From: Polyangia bacterium
GTDB taxonomy: Bacteria > Myxococcota_A > Polyangia > Nannocystales > Nannocystaceae
DNA: 42,819 nt
Reading direction: 5' to 3'
NCBI GenBank assembly: GCA_030430565.1
Contig: JAUIKS010000008.1
Location: 303,225-346,043, forward strand
In this document: one piece after another, positions 1-8,903 of the stretch
Numbering within the stretch: the first letter of the stretch is position 1
How the letters are laid out: each line of letters opens with the position of its first letter
Translations under genes and position numbers: made by a program
Notes under the pieces: generated by a model
The model's database searches: none
Seen by the model: only the letters and a program-made list of their open reading frames with translations
Told to the model about the DNA's origin: nothing

Positions 1-201
1 GGTCTGGGGGTCTTGGCCGCAGCCCTCATCGCACAACGGGCAGCAGCCGAGGCGCTGGACCGCCGCCTGGTGACACACCGACTCGGCCCCGCTCAGGCAG
101 GTCGCGAGGCTGAGTGGGAGCGTCAGCAGCAGGAGTCGCGCGCTCGGTCGCACGCGGTGATCATAGCGGATCTCGAGCGCGCCGGCGGCAGGCGCCGCGC
201 G

Positions 202-1407
202 CTACCTCCCGCGGCCGGAGCCGGCGAACAGCGGCACGAGCAGGAGCCGGCAGTCGATCGGGCCGTTGAAGAAAGGGACGCGCCGGCGCGGCTTGAGGCC
301 GAGCGCTCGGACGCGATCGAAGGCGGTGAACCAGGCGAGCTCGCAGCCCGCGCCTGTCTTTTTCAACCTGTCTCCAAATTCTCGATAGAGCTGGTCGATC
401 GCGTCGAGGTCGTCGCCCATGCGCTCGCCGTAGGGCGGGTTGCAGACGATCGCGCCGGCGCCGGCGTCGGGGCTGAACTCGCGCGCGTCGGCCCGGCGGA
501 GCTCGAGCTGCACCCCGGCGGCGCGGGCGTGCAGGCGCGCGCGCTTGATGGCCCGAGGGTCATGGTCGGAGAGCACGATCGGCGCCTCGAGCTCGCGGCG
601 CTGCAGGTCGCGGGCCTCCTCGAGCTGCCGCGCCCAGGCCCCTTCGTCATGGCTCGGCCAGCGCGTGAACGCGAACGCGCCGTCGAGGCCGGGCGCGCGC
701 CGCAGCGCCTTCCAGGCCGCCTCGATCCCGATGGTCCCGCCGCCGCAGAACGGGTCGTAGAGCGGTCGCGCGCCGTCCCAGCCGCTCGCGCGCACCACCG
801 CTGCGGCCAGCGTCTCCTTCATGGGCGCCTCGCCGGCGCGCTCCCGCCAGCCGCGCTCGTGCAGCGGCCGCCCGGCGAGGTCGAGGGCGAAGGTGACCTG
901 CCCCTCGAGCACGCGCGCGCGCACGCGCACGTCAGGGCGGTCCCGATCGACGTCGGGTCGCTTGCCCGCGCTCGCGCGCACGCGATCGACGATCGCGTCC
1001 TTGACCTTGAGCGCCGCGAAGCCGCTGTGGCGGATCCGGCTGCGCTGCAGGGTCGCGTCGACGCGGAAACGCTGATGCGGGCTGATCCAGCGCCGCCAGT
1101 CGACGCGCGCGGCGCTGTCATAGAGCGCGTCGGCGCTGTGCGCCGGGCCCTCGCCGAGGATCCGGAGCACCCGGACGGCGCTGCGCAGCCACAGGCAGGC
1201 GCGCGTGGCCGCGCTCCAGTCGCCGGCGAAGGCGACGCCGCCTGTGCGCTCCTCGGGGTCCGGCAGGCCCAGCTCGCGGACCTCGGCCGCGAGCCACGGC
1301 TCGACGCCGCGCGGGCAGGTCGCGAACCACGGCCGCGTGGACGCGGCGCGCTCCCGCGGCCGCGACCGATCGCGCGACTGCGGGCCTCTGTGCGCTGGCG
1401 AGGGCAT
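202..1407 (-). CDS. rlmL: THUMP-domain class I SAM-dependent RNA methyltransferase, RlmL-like (23S rRNA m2G methyltransferase module)
   Basis: 401-aa ORF with an ATG at 1405-1407. N-terminal THUMP-like segment (WFATCPRGVEPWLAAEVRELG), SAM-binding DPFCGGGT and catalytic NPPYGERMG motifs. High GC3 coding bias. Confidence 0.7.
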   Translation of the reverse strand: MPSPAHRGPQSRDRSRPRERAASTRPWFATCPRGVEPWLAAEVRELGLPDPEERTGGVAFAGDWSAATRACLWLRSAVRVLRILGEGPAHSADALYDSAARVDWRRWISPHQRFRVDATLQRSRIRHSGFAALKVKDAIVDRVRASAGKRPDVDRDRPDVRVRARVLEGQVTFALDLAGRPLHERGWRERAGEAPMKETLAAAVVRASGWDGARPLYDPFCGGGTIGIEAAWKALRRAPGLDGAFAFTRWPSHDEGAWARQLEEARDLQRRELEAPIVLSDHDPRAIKRARLHARAAGVQLELRRADAREFSPDAGAGAIVCNPPYGERMGDDLDAIDQLYREFGDRLKKTGAGCELAWFTAFDRVRALGLKPRRRVPFFNGPIDCRLLLVPLFAGSGRGR

Positions 1408-1436
1408 CGTTTGTGGCTACCGCGCGACGAGGCGCG

Positions 1437-3212
1437 CTACATCGACATCGAGCCCTTGCGGAAGTCGGTCTTGCCCAGGTGCGCGTTGATCAGCACGGGC
1501 ACGCCGCCGCGGGCTTTCTCCTTGGCCTTGGCGAAGGTGTCGGCGATGTCGGCCGAGCGCGTGAGCTTGAAGCCGGCGCCGCCGAAGCCCTCGGCCGCGA
1601 CGTGGTAGTCGGTGCGCGCGAGCGGGCAGCCGACGTCGTCACCGAGGATCTCGATCTGGTCGCGGGCGATCTGCGTCCAGCAGGCGTCGTTGCCGACGAC
1701 CGCGATGACCGGGAGCTCGTGCCGCGCGAAGGTGTCGAACTCGGGGAGGCTGTAGCCGACCGAGCCGTCGCCGTAGATGATCCAGACCTCGGACTCGGGG
1801 CGCACGAGCTTGGCGCCCAGGGCGAAACCTGCCCCGACGCCCAGGGTCCCGAACACGCCGGGGTCGAGCCACGACAGCGGCCCGCGCGGGCTGACGATGT
1901 AGGACGCGGTGGCGACGAAGTCGCCGCCGTCGGCGACCAGGATGCTGTCGTCGGCGAGCGCCTCCTCCATGCGACCGCAGATGTCGAGCGGGTCGACGAG
2001 CGAGACGCCGTCGACCTCGGACTTCGCCGCGATCGCCTCCGCCGCCTTGGCGCCCTTCTCCCGGATCTCGGTGTCGCGCGCGCTGTTGGCCGCGCTCAGC
2101 TCCTCGATCCACGAGCTCCAGCGGCCCTTGGGCGCCGGGCACTCGCGCGCGAGCAGCTGCAGGAAACGACCCGCGTCGCCGTGCACCGGCAGGTTCGGGC
2201 GGCGGTTCTTGACCATCTCGGCGACGCTGCGGTTGGCCGCGATGTAGAAGGCCTTGCGCCCGATGTGACGACCGTAGTCCATGCGGAAGTCGCAGGGGAC
2301 GCCGGCGAGCAGCACGACGTCGGCCTTCTTGAGCGCCTTGCGCCGACCGTGGCGCATCTGCAGATCGTGGCCCTTGCCGAGCAGGCCGCGCGCCATGCCC
2401 GAGAGGAACACCGGGATGCCGAGATCCTCGACCGCGTTGACGAGCGCGCGGACCTCCCCGGGGACCGACATGGCCTGGCTGCCGATGACGAGCACGGGGC
2501 GCTCGGCCTTCTGCACGCGCTGGGCGGCGCGGCGCACGAGCATGCGCGCGGGCTTGGGGATCCGCGTGGCCGAGGCGTCGTGGACCTCGACCTTGTCGGC
2601 GCCGGCGAACATCCGCCGTGTGTGGATGTCGAGGTAGGTCGTGAGCGCGCGCTCCCCCAGGCTCGGCTTGCGCCCGCTCGCGGACGACTTGGAGCTGTAC
2701 CAGCTGCGCACGAGCTCCGCGTCGTAGAGGAGGTCAACCGGGCACTCGAGGAACACCGGGCCCGGCACGCCGCTGGTCGCGACCTTGAAGGCGTGCTCCA
2801 GCGCCGGCACCAGGTCCTTCACGCGCTTGGCGGTCGCCGCCCACTTCACGTGCGGGCGCAGGAGCGCCATCTGGTCAATGTCCTGCAGCGAGCCGCGGCC
2901 CTTGAGCACCGTCGCCGCGGCGCCGCCGAGCAGCACGACGGGCGACTGCGCCATCTGGGCGTTCTTGACCGCCGTGATCGTGTTGGTGAGGCCGGGCCCC
3001 GCGGTCACGGCGGCGACCCCGGGCACGCCGGTGAGCCGCGCCACCGCGTCGGCGGCGAACACCGCGTTGACCTCGTGTCGCACGTCGACGACCCGGACCC
3101 CGCGCCGCTTCGCGCCGACGAGGATCGGCGAGATGTGCCCGCCGCACAGCGTGAACAGCCAGCGCACCCCTTGCCTGCGCAGGACCTCCGCAATCAGATC
3201 TCCGCCGTTCAT
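1437..3212 (-). CDS. Thiamine-diphosphate-dependent enzyme, acetolactate-synthase large-subunit-like / ILVBL (2-hydroxyacyl-CoA lyase)-like
   Basis: 591 aa starting at the ATG at 3210-3212; the ORF track begins one codon earlier at a TTG. GGGAG RBS 8 nt upstream. Pyr (N-terminal), central and PP (C-terminal) TPP-enzyme domains, including a GDG...N Mg-TPP motif ([10 protein letters not shown]...VGNDACW). Confidence 0.8.
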   Translation of the reverse strand: MNGGDLIAEVLRRQGVRWLFTLCGGHISPILVGAKRRGVRVVDVRHEVNAVFAADAVARLTGVPGVAAVTAGPGLTNTITAVKNAQMAQSPVVLLGGAAATVLKGRGSLQDIDQMALLRPHVKWAATAKRVKDLVPALEHAFKVATSGVPGPVFLECPVDLLYDAELVRSWYSSKSSASGRKPSLGERALTTYLDIHTRRMFAGADKVEVHDASATRIPKPARMLVRRAAQRVQKAERPVLVIGSQAMSVPGEVRALVNAVEDLGIPVFLSGMARGLLGKGHDLQMRHGRRKALKKADVVLLAGVPCDFRMDYGRHIGRKAFYIAANRSVAEMVKNRRPNLPVHGDAGRFLQLLARECPAPKGRWSSWIEELSAANSARDTEIREKGAKAAEAIAAKSEVDGVSLVDPLDICGRMEEALADDSILVADGGDFVATASYIVSPRGPLSWLDPGVFGTLGVGAGFALGAKLVRPESEVWIIYGDGSVGYSLPEFDTFARHELPVIAVVGNDACWTQIARDQIEILGDDVGCPLARTDYHVAAEGFGGAGFKLTRSADIADTFAKAKEKARGGVPVLINAHLGKTDFRKGSMSM

Positions 3213-3257
3213 CAAACTCTCTCCCGCTGGTTGGAAAACGTTGCTGGCCCGACGCGT

Positions 3258-3671
3258 CTAGCTCGGGCTGTTCTCAAGAACATGTCGCTTCGGTGTGAAG
3301 CAGGTGAAGGCGCCGGTGAAGACGACCGCGCCGTCGCGCGTGACCTCGGCGTCGACCATCAGCTTCTTGCCCTCGATCGGGCGCCGCCGCGCGCTCGCGA
3401 CGAGCGCGTCGCCGACGACGACCGGCTTCAGAAACCGCGTCTCGGCGGCGCCGAGGACGACGTTCGGGTGGTTGATCGCCAGCATCGCCGCGTAGTCGGC
3501 GAGCCCGAAGATGAAGCCGCCGTGGACCAGGCCGCGCTCGTCCGCCGCCATCTCGGGGACGGTCGTGAGCTGAACCTCGGCCTCGCCCTCGGCGATGCGC
3601 GCCGGCCTCCCGACGAGGCGCGGGTCGATCCGATCGTGTGTGTTCTGGGGATGGTGCTGGTCGTCGTTCAT
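3258..3671 (-). CDS. Hotdog-fold acyl-CoA thioesterase (PaaI/4HBT family)
   Basis: 137 aa with an ATG start. Contains the [14 protein letters not shown] motif typical of PaaI-type thioesterases. Co-directional with the TPP enzyme directly downstream, 42 nt apart. Confidence 0.7.
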   Translation of the reverse strand: MNDDQHHPQNTHDRIDPRLVGRPARIAEGEAEVQLTTVPEMAADERGLVHGGFIFGLADYAAMLAINHPNVVLGAAETRFLKPVVVGDALVASARRRPIEGKKLMVDAEVTRDGAVVFTGAFTCFTPKRHVLENSPS

Positions 3672-3804
3672 GGCGAGCCAACGCGCTGAGCCGAGCCTCC
3701 GCCGCTCGCCGATGTGGGCGAGCGTGGGCGAAGGTGCGCTCAGGACCGCGCGGCGCCTTATAACACGCGAGAGCCGCCCGGAAAGGCCGTTCCGTAAAAC
3801 CGCG

Positions 3805-3831
3805 CGCAGACCCGCTTGAAGCGGGTCTGCG
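3805..3831 (-). terminator. Intrinsic terminator hairpin downstream of the epimerase gene
   Basis: Perfect 11-bp inverted repeat CGCAGACCCGC-TTGAA-GCGGGTCTGCG, about 50 nt past the stop of the 3882-4802 minus-strand gene. On the minus strand it is followed by GGTTTTAC, a T4 tract. Confidence 0.6.
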
Positions 3832-3881
3832 TCACCCGAGCGCCGCTCGTGCCGACGCCCTCGCGTCGACGGGATCGGGCG

Positions 3882-4802
3882 TCAGCCGAGCAGGTCACGC
3901 AGCGCCGGCTCGAGCTCCGGGTGGCGAAACTCGAAGCCGAGCCGGGTCAACGCGGCCGGGGCCATGCGCTGCCCGCCGAGGATCGCCTCGGCCATCCCGC
4001 CGACGGCCAGGCGCAGCGCGAACGCGGGGACGCGCATGATCGTCGGCCGGTGGAGGATCTTGCCGACCGCGCGCGTGACCTCGGCGTTGGTCGCTGGCGC
4101 CGGCGCTGACGCGTTGAGCGGGCCGTCGCAGCGCTCATCCGAGAGCGCCCGCTGGAAGATCCGCACGAGGTCCTCGAGGTGGATCCACGGCATGTACTGC
4201 TCGCCGGAGCCGAGCGGTCCGCCGACGCCGAGCCGGATCGGCTGCGCGAGCTTCTCGAGCGCGCCCCCGCCCCGCCCGAACACGATCCCGATCCGGACGA
4301 TCGCGACCCGCACGCCGAGCGTCCGCGCCCGCGCGGCTTCGCGCTCCCACGCGACGCAGACCTCGGCGAGGAAGTCGTCGCCCGCGGGCGCGCGCTCGTC
4401 GAGCGTGCGCTCGCCGCCGTCACCGTAGTAGCCGGAGGCTGAGGTCGACACGAGCACGGGCGGGCGTCGCTCGCCGAGCCGCCCGCAGGCCTCGACCAGC
4501 GCGCGCGTGGTCTCGACCCGGCTGTTCATGATCCGGCGCTTCCACTCCGCGCTCCAGCGCCGACCCGCGACCGACTCGCCCGCGAGGTTCACGATCCCCG
4601 CGCATCCCGCGAGCGCCTGGTCGAGCGCGTCCTGACCGGCGCCTGTTGCGACGAGCTCGACCTCGTCACCCAGCCGCGAACGCGCGCGCTCGGGGTCCCG
4701 GACCCAGGCGCGCACGCGGTGCCCAGCCGAGCGCAACGCGCTGACGAGCGGCGCACCGACGAAGCCCGTCGCGCCGGTTACGAAGATAGTTTGCTGCTCC
4801 AT
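3882..4802 (-). CDS. NAD-dependent epimerase/dehydratase family protein, TIGR01777/YfcH (SDR39U1)-like
   Basis: Most likely start is the internal ATG at 4800-4802, giving MEQQTIFVTGATGFVG, a Rossmann GxxGxxG motif at the N-terminus. About 306 aa. The ORF track extends a further 26 codons upstream. Confidence 0.75.
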   Translation of the reverse strand: MEQQTIFVTGATGFVGAPLVSALRSAGHRVRAWVRDPERARSRLGDEVELVATGAGQDALDQALAGCAGIVNLAGESVAGRRWSAEWKRRIMNSRVETTRALVEACGRLGERRPPVLVSTSASGYYGDGGERTLDERAPAGDDFLAEVCVAWEREAARARTLGVRVAIVRIGIVFGRGGGALEKLAQPIRLGVGGPLGSGEQYMPWIHLEDLVRIFQRALSDERCDGPLNASAPAPATNAEVTRAVGKILHRPTIMRVPAFALRLAVGGMAEAILGGQRMAPAALTRLGFEFRHPELEPALRDLLG

Positions 4803-5109
4803 GGTCTTTCGGCCTTGTTGGCTGGCGTCGTCCGCCTCGCTCGCGCCGACGTCGGTAGACGTAGCATGTCGCCCGCGCACGGTACACCGCCGCCACCGAC
4901 GTCTGCGGCCGACGGACCGCGCGGGCTATGTTTCGCGTAGTAGCGATGACGCGACCCGAACCTACCGCCGCCGCTCGCCGCGAGCGCGCCGCGTCGACGA
5001 ACGCGAGCGTTGATGGCGAACTACCTCGCGGGCGAGCGGGCGCGACGCGCCTGCGCTGGACCGTCGATCGCGTCGACGAGACCTACGGGCGACCTCCGCC
5101 CCCCAGCGC

Positions 5110-5982
5110 TCAGCGCGTCGCGTCGCCGGGCTCGAGCGCCGGCGCGCCGTCCCAGCCGCGCCGCTCGAAGCGGAACGGCAGCCGTCGCAGCTCGCCGCCG
5201 ATGACCGCGCGCTGGTGCTGCAGCCCGCGGCTCAGGCAGCGGTAGCGCTCGAGATCGTCGGTGAGGCCGGCGTCGCCGCGCGCGGTCACGGCCGCGCGCG
5301 CGCGCAGCAGCTCGGCGACGCGCTCGCCGATCCACGTGCCGATGCTCATCGACGCGGACATCACGAAGTAGATGATGACCACCAGCATCAGCGCGCTAAC
5401 CGTCGCCAGCGCGTCGACCATGTACTGCGGCGGGTTGCGGATCAGGAAGCTGAACAGCGCCACGAGCGCGCTGACGCCGACGCCGGCGCCGGCCCAGCGC
5501 AGCGCCTCGGCGAGCTGGCGGCCGTAGTCCGTCACCTGGTCGATGCTGCGGGAGCCGGCCCGGCCGACGAGGCGCACCGCGAGCGCCTCCGAGGTCGCCG
5601 CGCGATCATTGGACATGTTCGATCCATCAGGTGACTTAAGCGCCAGCAGCTCGCGCCGCGCCGGAGCGCGGCGGTAGCACTCGAGGCCGAACTCGGCGCG
5701 GAAGTCACCGCGCGCGATCTGGATCCGCAGGCCGTCGATCGGGCCGTCGACCGCGCGGGTCGTTACCGCGTAGCCCGCGTCCGCGGGGAAGAAGTGCGCC
5801 GCCGCCTTGCTGAGATGACGCTCGACCTCGCTGAACTCTGGCTCGAGCTGGCTCGAGCTCCGGCCCGGGCAGGTCAGCGACCAGCCGAAGCTCTCCTCGA
5901 GATCGCGTCGCACGAGACCGGATTCCACCGCGAGCCCTCCGGTTTTCAAGCTAGCCCCCGCGCGACGCGTCGTCCACTTCAT
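5110..5982 (-). CDS. Hypothetical membrane protein (two predicted TM helices)
   Basis: 290-aa ORF with an ATG at 5980-5982. Hydrophobic segments VGVSALVALFSFLI and ALATVSALMLVVIIYFVMSASM. The opposite-strand ORF has a composition typical of antisense artifact. An internal ATG (MSNDRAA) gives a shorter alternative start. Confidence 0.45.
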   Translation of the reverse strand: MKWTTRRAGASLKTGGLAVESGLVRRDLEESFGWSLTCPGRSSSQLEPEFSEVERHLSKAAAHFFPADAGYAVTTRAVDGPIDGLRIQIARGDFRAEFGLECYRRAPARRELLALKSPDGSNMSNDRAATSEALAVRLVGRAGSRSIDQVTDYGRQLAEALRWAGAGVGVSALVALFSFLIRNPPQYMVDALATVSALMLVVIIYFVMSASMSIGTWIGERVAELLRARAAVTARGDAGLTDDLERYRCLSRGLQHQRAVIGGELRRLPFRFERRGWDGAPALEPGDATR

Positions 5983-6028
5983 GGGCCGCCGCGGCCCGTC
6001 TAGACCGGTTTAAGGCCGTTGGCGGAGG

Positions 6029-7903
6029 GTGGTGTCCGTTCTGATATCGTCCCGCGGCATGTCCGGCGCCCGGCCGCAACGAAATTTCGCCTGCTTCGCG
6101 CGCTGGGTCGAACGCGCTCGGATCGCGGAGCGGCTCGCAGTCGCGGCCTGTGGCAAATCCACATCGACCGCGACGCGGGCCATCGACCGCGACGCCGTCC
6201 AGACCGCCTGGCGACGCGCGAGCCGGGCCGTGGCCGCCCGCGTGGCCATGGCCTGCGCGCGGGAGCGACTCGTGGACGGTACGTGGGCCAACGATTCGCT
6301 CGTACTCCGGCCGCTGGGCATCTCCTTGCCGCTCGCGCGGCTGTCCGCCTTTGAGCTCCACGAGCCCGAGCTGGACGCCCCGCGGGCCGCGACGCTCGAG
6401 GACCCGGTCGCGCTGCTCGACGCGCTGTGGCCGACGCTGTCGGCGGTCGTGGAGATCCCGCGTGTGGGCGAGGGACGCGTGCGCGCCGAGCTCGAGGACT
6501 GCGTCTTTAACCTCGCGCTCAACGAGTACGCCGCGGGCGCGCGTCATCGCGTCGCCGCCGAGCGCGGCGAAGTCGGGCCGAGCCCCGCGCTCATCGACTC
6601 CGAGCAGCTCCCGACGGCCGGGCACCCGTGGCACCCGCTGTGTAAGACCCGGCTCGGGCTCTCGCTGCGCGAGAACCTGCTGCACGCGCCCGAGCTCCTG
6701 GGCGACGGCTCGTTCCTCGCGGTCGACATCGACGCCGCCCACGCGGCGACCAGCGGGCGCTACCTCGAGCTCGCCGCGCGGGTGCTGCCGACCCCGCCCA
6801 AGGGACAGGTGCGTGTGCCGGTCCACCCCGCGCAGCTGCGGCGCCTGCCCGCGCTGCTCGGGCGCTCCTTCGGACAGGTCGTACGCGCGGTCGCGCTCCC
6901 ACACGGATCCGTTCGCGCGCGCGCGCTGCTCAGCACGCGCACGGTCGTCGTCGACGCCCCGCGCGTCGCGGCGCGGCTGCACGTCAAGCTCGCCGTCAAC
7001 GTGCTCACGACCAGCGCCACGCGGACCGTCTCCCCGATGAGCCAGATCAACGGTCCGCGCGTGAGCGCGCTGCTCGAGCGCATCCGAGCCCGCGACCCGG
7101 AGACGCGCGGGCGCGTGCTGATTCAGCCCGACGGCGGCGGCGCGGGCCTGCTGCAATCACGCTACGGCGACGCGGCGCGCCAGCTGGGCGTCATCCTCCG
7201 CGAGTCCCACGAGCCGCTGGCGCGCGCGCTCGTCCCCGAGCCAGCGCGCACGCCGAGAGCCTGGGTCTGCGCGGCCTTGGGAGAGCGCCCCCCCGGGGGC
7301 GCCCGCTGTCTGCTCGCCGAGCTCGCGGCGGGCTACCCCGGCGCACCGCAGGCCCGCGGCGAGGCGATGATCGCCGACTACGTGAACGCCCTCGCGCCGC
7401 CGCTGCTGCGCATGCTCACGGCCCACGGCGTCGCCCTCGAGGCGCACCTGCAAAACACCCTGGTGGTCAGCGACGGCGCGCGCGTCCGCGGCTTCCTCAT
7501 CCGCGATCTGGGCGGCATCCGCGTGCACAGGCCGCGCCTGCGCGCCGCCGGTCACTCCCTCGAGCTGGCGCCGGGCTCGTTCATCGCCACCGACTCCCTC
7601 GAGGAGGTCCAGCGCAAGCTCAGCCACGTGCTGTTTCACGCCCACCTCGCCGCCGTGTTCTCGGCGGCGGCGCGCTCGCTCGCGATCCCCGAGCGCCGGT
7701 GCTGGGCGCTGACGCGGGACGTCGTCGCGCGCGCGCTCACGACCTGGTCCCGAGATCCAGCGCTGCGCGCGGCCTGTGAACGCGACCGCGTCGCCTTGCT
7801 CGCGCCGCGCTGTCACGCCAAGGCGCTGTTTCACATGCGCCTGCTCGACCGCAGCAGCGACTACCGCTACACGGTGGTCGACAACGCGCTCGCCGGGGGC
7901 TGA
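6029..7903 (+). CDS. IucA/IucC-family ATP-dependent amide ligase (NRPS-independent siderophore synthetase-like) with FhuF-like C-terminal domain
   Basis: 624 aa. GTG start at 6029 with GGAGG immediately upstream; the start is uncertain and the next ATG is at 6059. Motif [14 protein letters not shown] resembles the conserved H-x-Q-N segment of IucA/IucC enzymes. The C-terminal [11 protein letters not shown] region resembles the FhuF-like domain. The family call is motif-level only. Confidence 0.6.
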   Translation: MVSVLISSRGMSGARPQRNFACFARWVERARIAERLAVAACGKSTSTATRAIDRDAVQTAWRRASRAVAARVAMACARERLVDGTWANDSLVLRPLGISLPLARLSAFELHEPELDAPRAATLEDPVALLDALWPTLSAVVEIPRVGEGRVRAELEDCVFNLALNEYAAGARHRVAAERGEVGPSPALIDSEQLPTAGHPWHPLCKTRLGLSLRENLLHAPELLGDGSFLAVDIDAAHAATSGRYLELAARVLPTPPKGQVRVPVHPAQLRRLPALLGRSFGQVVRAVALPHGSVRARALLSTRTVVVDAPRVAARLHVKLAVNVLTTSATRTVSPMSQINGPRVSALLERIRARDPETRGRVLIQPDGGGAGLLQSRYGDAARQLGVILRESHEPLARALVPEPARTPRAWVCAALGERPPGGARCLLAELAAGYPGAPQARGEAMIADYVNALAPPLLRMLTAHGVALEAHLQNTLVVSDGARVRGFLIRDLGGIRVHRPRLRAAGHSLELAPGSFIATDSLEEVQRKLSHVLFHAHLAAVFSAAARSLAIPERRCWALTRDVVARALTTWSRDPALRAACERDRVALLAPRCHAKALFHMRLLDRSSDYRYTVVDNALAGG

Positions 7904-7941
7904 GCGCGCTCCCGGATCACGGGCCTGGTATCGTGCGGCGC

Positions 7942-8859
7942 ATGACGACGCCCCGTCTCCCGCTCCTGTTCTCGCTGCCCGCGTACGAATACTTGCAGCG
8001 CGACCTGCTGGCGCTCGGGGGCCTCGAGCGCGGCGAGCTGAGCACCAAGCTGTTCCCCGACGGCGAGCGCTACATGCGGCTGCTGACCGCGGTCGAGGGG
8101 CGCGAGGTCGTGCTACTCGGCGGCACCGTCGACGACGCCGCGACGCTGATGCTCTACGACCTGGCCTGCGCGATCGTGAAGCTCGGCGCGCGCAAGCTGA
8201 CGCTCGTCGTCCCCTACTTCGCCTACTCGACCATGGAGCGCGCCGTGAAGCCCGGCGAGGTCGTCACGGCCAAGACGCGCGCGCGCCTGCTCTCGGCAAT
8301 CCCGCCGGCGAGCTACGGCAACCGCATCGTCCTGCTCGACCTGCACAGCGAGGGCATCCCGCACTACTTCGAAGGCGAGCTGACCGCGATCCACGTGTAC
8401 GGCAAGCCGCTCGTGCGCGCGGCCGCGCGCCGGCTCGGCGGCGAAGAGTTCGTGCTCGCGTGCACGGACGCCGGCCGCGCCAAGTGGGTCGAGTCGCTCG
8501 CCCACGACCTGCACGTGACGCCCGCGTTCGTGTTCAAGCGCCGGCTCTCGGGCTCCGAGACCGAGGTCGCGGCCGTGAGCGCGCAGGTCGAGGGCCGCCG
8601 CGTGATCATCTACGACGACATGATCCGCACGGGCGGCTCGCTGCTCGGCGCGGCCCGAGCCTACAAAGACGCCGGCGCGACCAGCCTCGCGTGCATCACG
8701 ACCCACGCGCTGCTGCCGGGCGACGCCTTCGGCCGGCTGCAGCGCAGCGGGGTCTTCACGGACATCGTGGCGACCGACAGCCACCCGCGCGCCCGCGAGC
8801 TCGCGGCCCAGGGCCTCGGCGTCGAGAGCTGCGCCGCGCTGCTCCACGAGCACCTCTGA
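7942..8859 (+). CDS. Ribose-phosphate pyrophosphokinase (PRPP synthetase) paralog, divergent
   Basis: 305 aa from the ATG at 7942; the ORF track starts at a GTG at 7933. Collinear with Prs throughout: N-terminal LFS...LA..L.LG......KLFPDGE (Prs FSDGE motif), [22 protein letters not shown] (Prs DLHA.QIQGFF), and a PRPP-binding loop [13 protein letters not shown]. The canonical YARQDRK stretch is replaced by YSTMERAVK. Confidence 0.7.
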   Translation: MTTPRLPLLFSLPAYEYLQRDLLALGGLERGELSTKLFPDGERYMRLLTAVEGREVVLLGGTVDDAATLMLYDLACAIVKLGARKLTLVVPYFAYSTMERAVKPGEVVTAKTRARLLSAIPPASYGNRIVLLDLHSEGIPHYFEGELTAIHVYGKPLVRAAARRLGGEEFVLACTDAGRAKWVESLAHDLHVTPAFVFKRRLSGSETEVAAVSAQVEGRRVIIYDDMIRTGGSLLGAARAYKDAGATSLACITTHALLPGDAFGRLQRSGVFTDIVATDSHPRARELAAQGLGVESCAALLHEHL

Positions 8860-8903
8860 CGCGCCGCACGGCCTGAGCGCTCCCCACCAACACGACGACG
8901 CCC

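Noticed and set aside
1413-3689. 758-aa plus-strand ORF
   Set aside because: It is antisense to the TPP-enzyme and thioesterase genes, which have clear family motifs. Its composition is Arg/Ala/Asp/Gly-rich, typical of non-coding frames in high-GC DNA. The same reasoning rejects 13-1608(+), 8661-10172(-), 10850-11875(-), 12902-14935(+), 18507-20915(+), 21173-22538(+), 22653-23849(-), 24554-25639(-), 26459-27595(-), 28015-29115(-), 29714-30976(-), 32312-33163(-), 33097-35262(+), 33194-35290(-), 35259-37067(+), 38103-39158(-), 39013-40554(-), 40698-41993(-) and the many shorter overlapping ORFs.
3790-3804. Shared TTCCGTAAAA(A)CCGCG-like motif, here and in reverse orientation at 15605-15621
   Set aside because: It is only a 10-nt core match between two intergenic regions. 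This could be a real promoter element, but a chance match cannot be excluded without a genome-wide count, so it is not reported as a feature.
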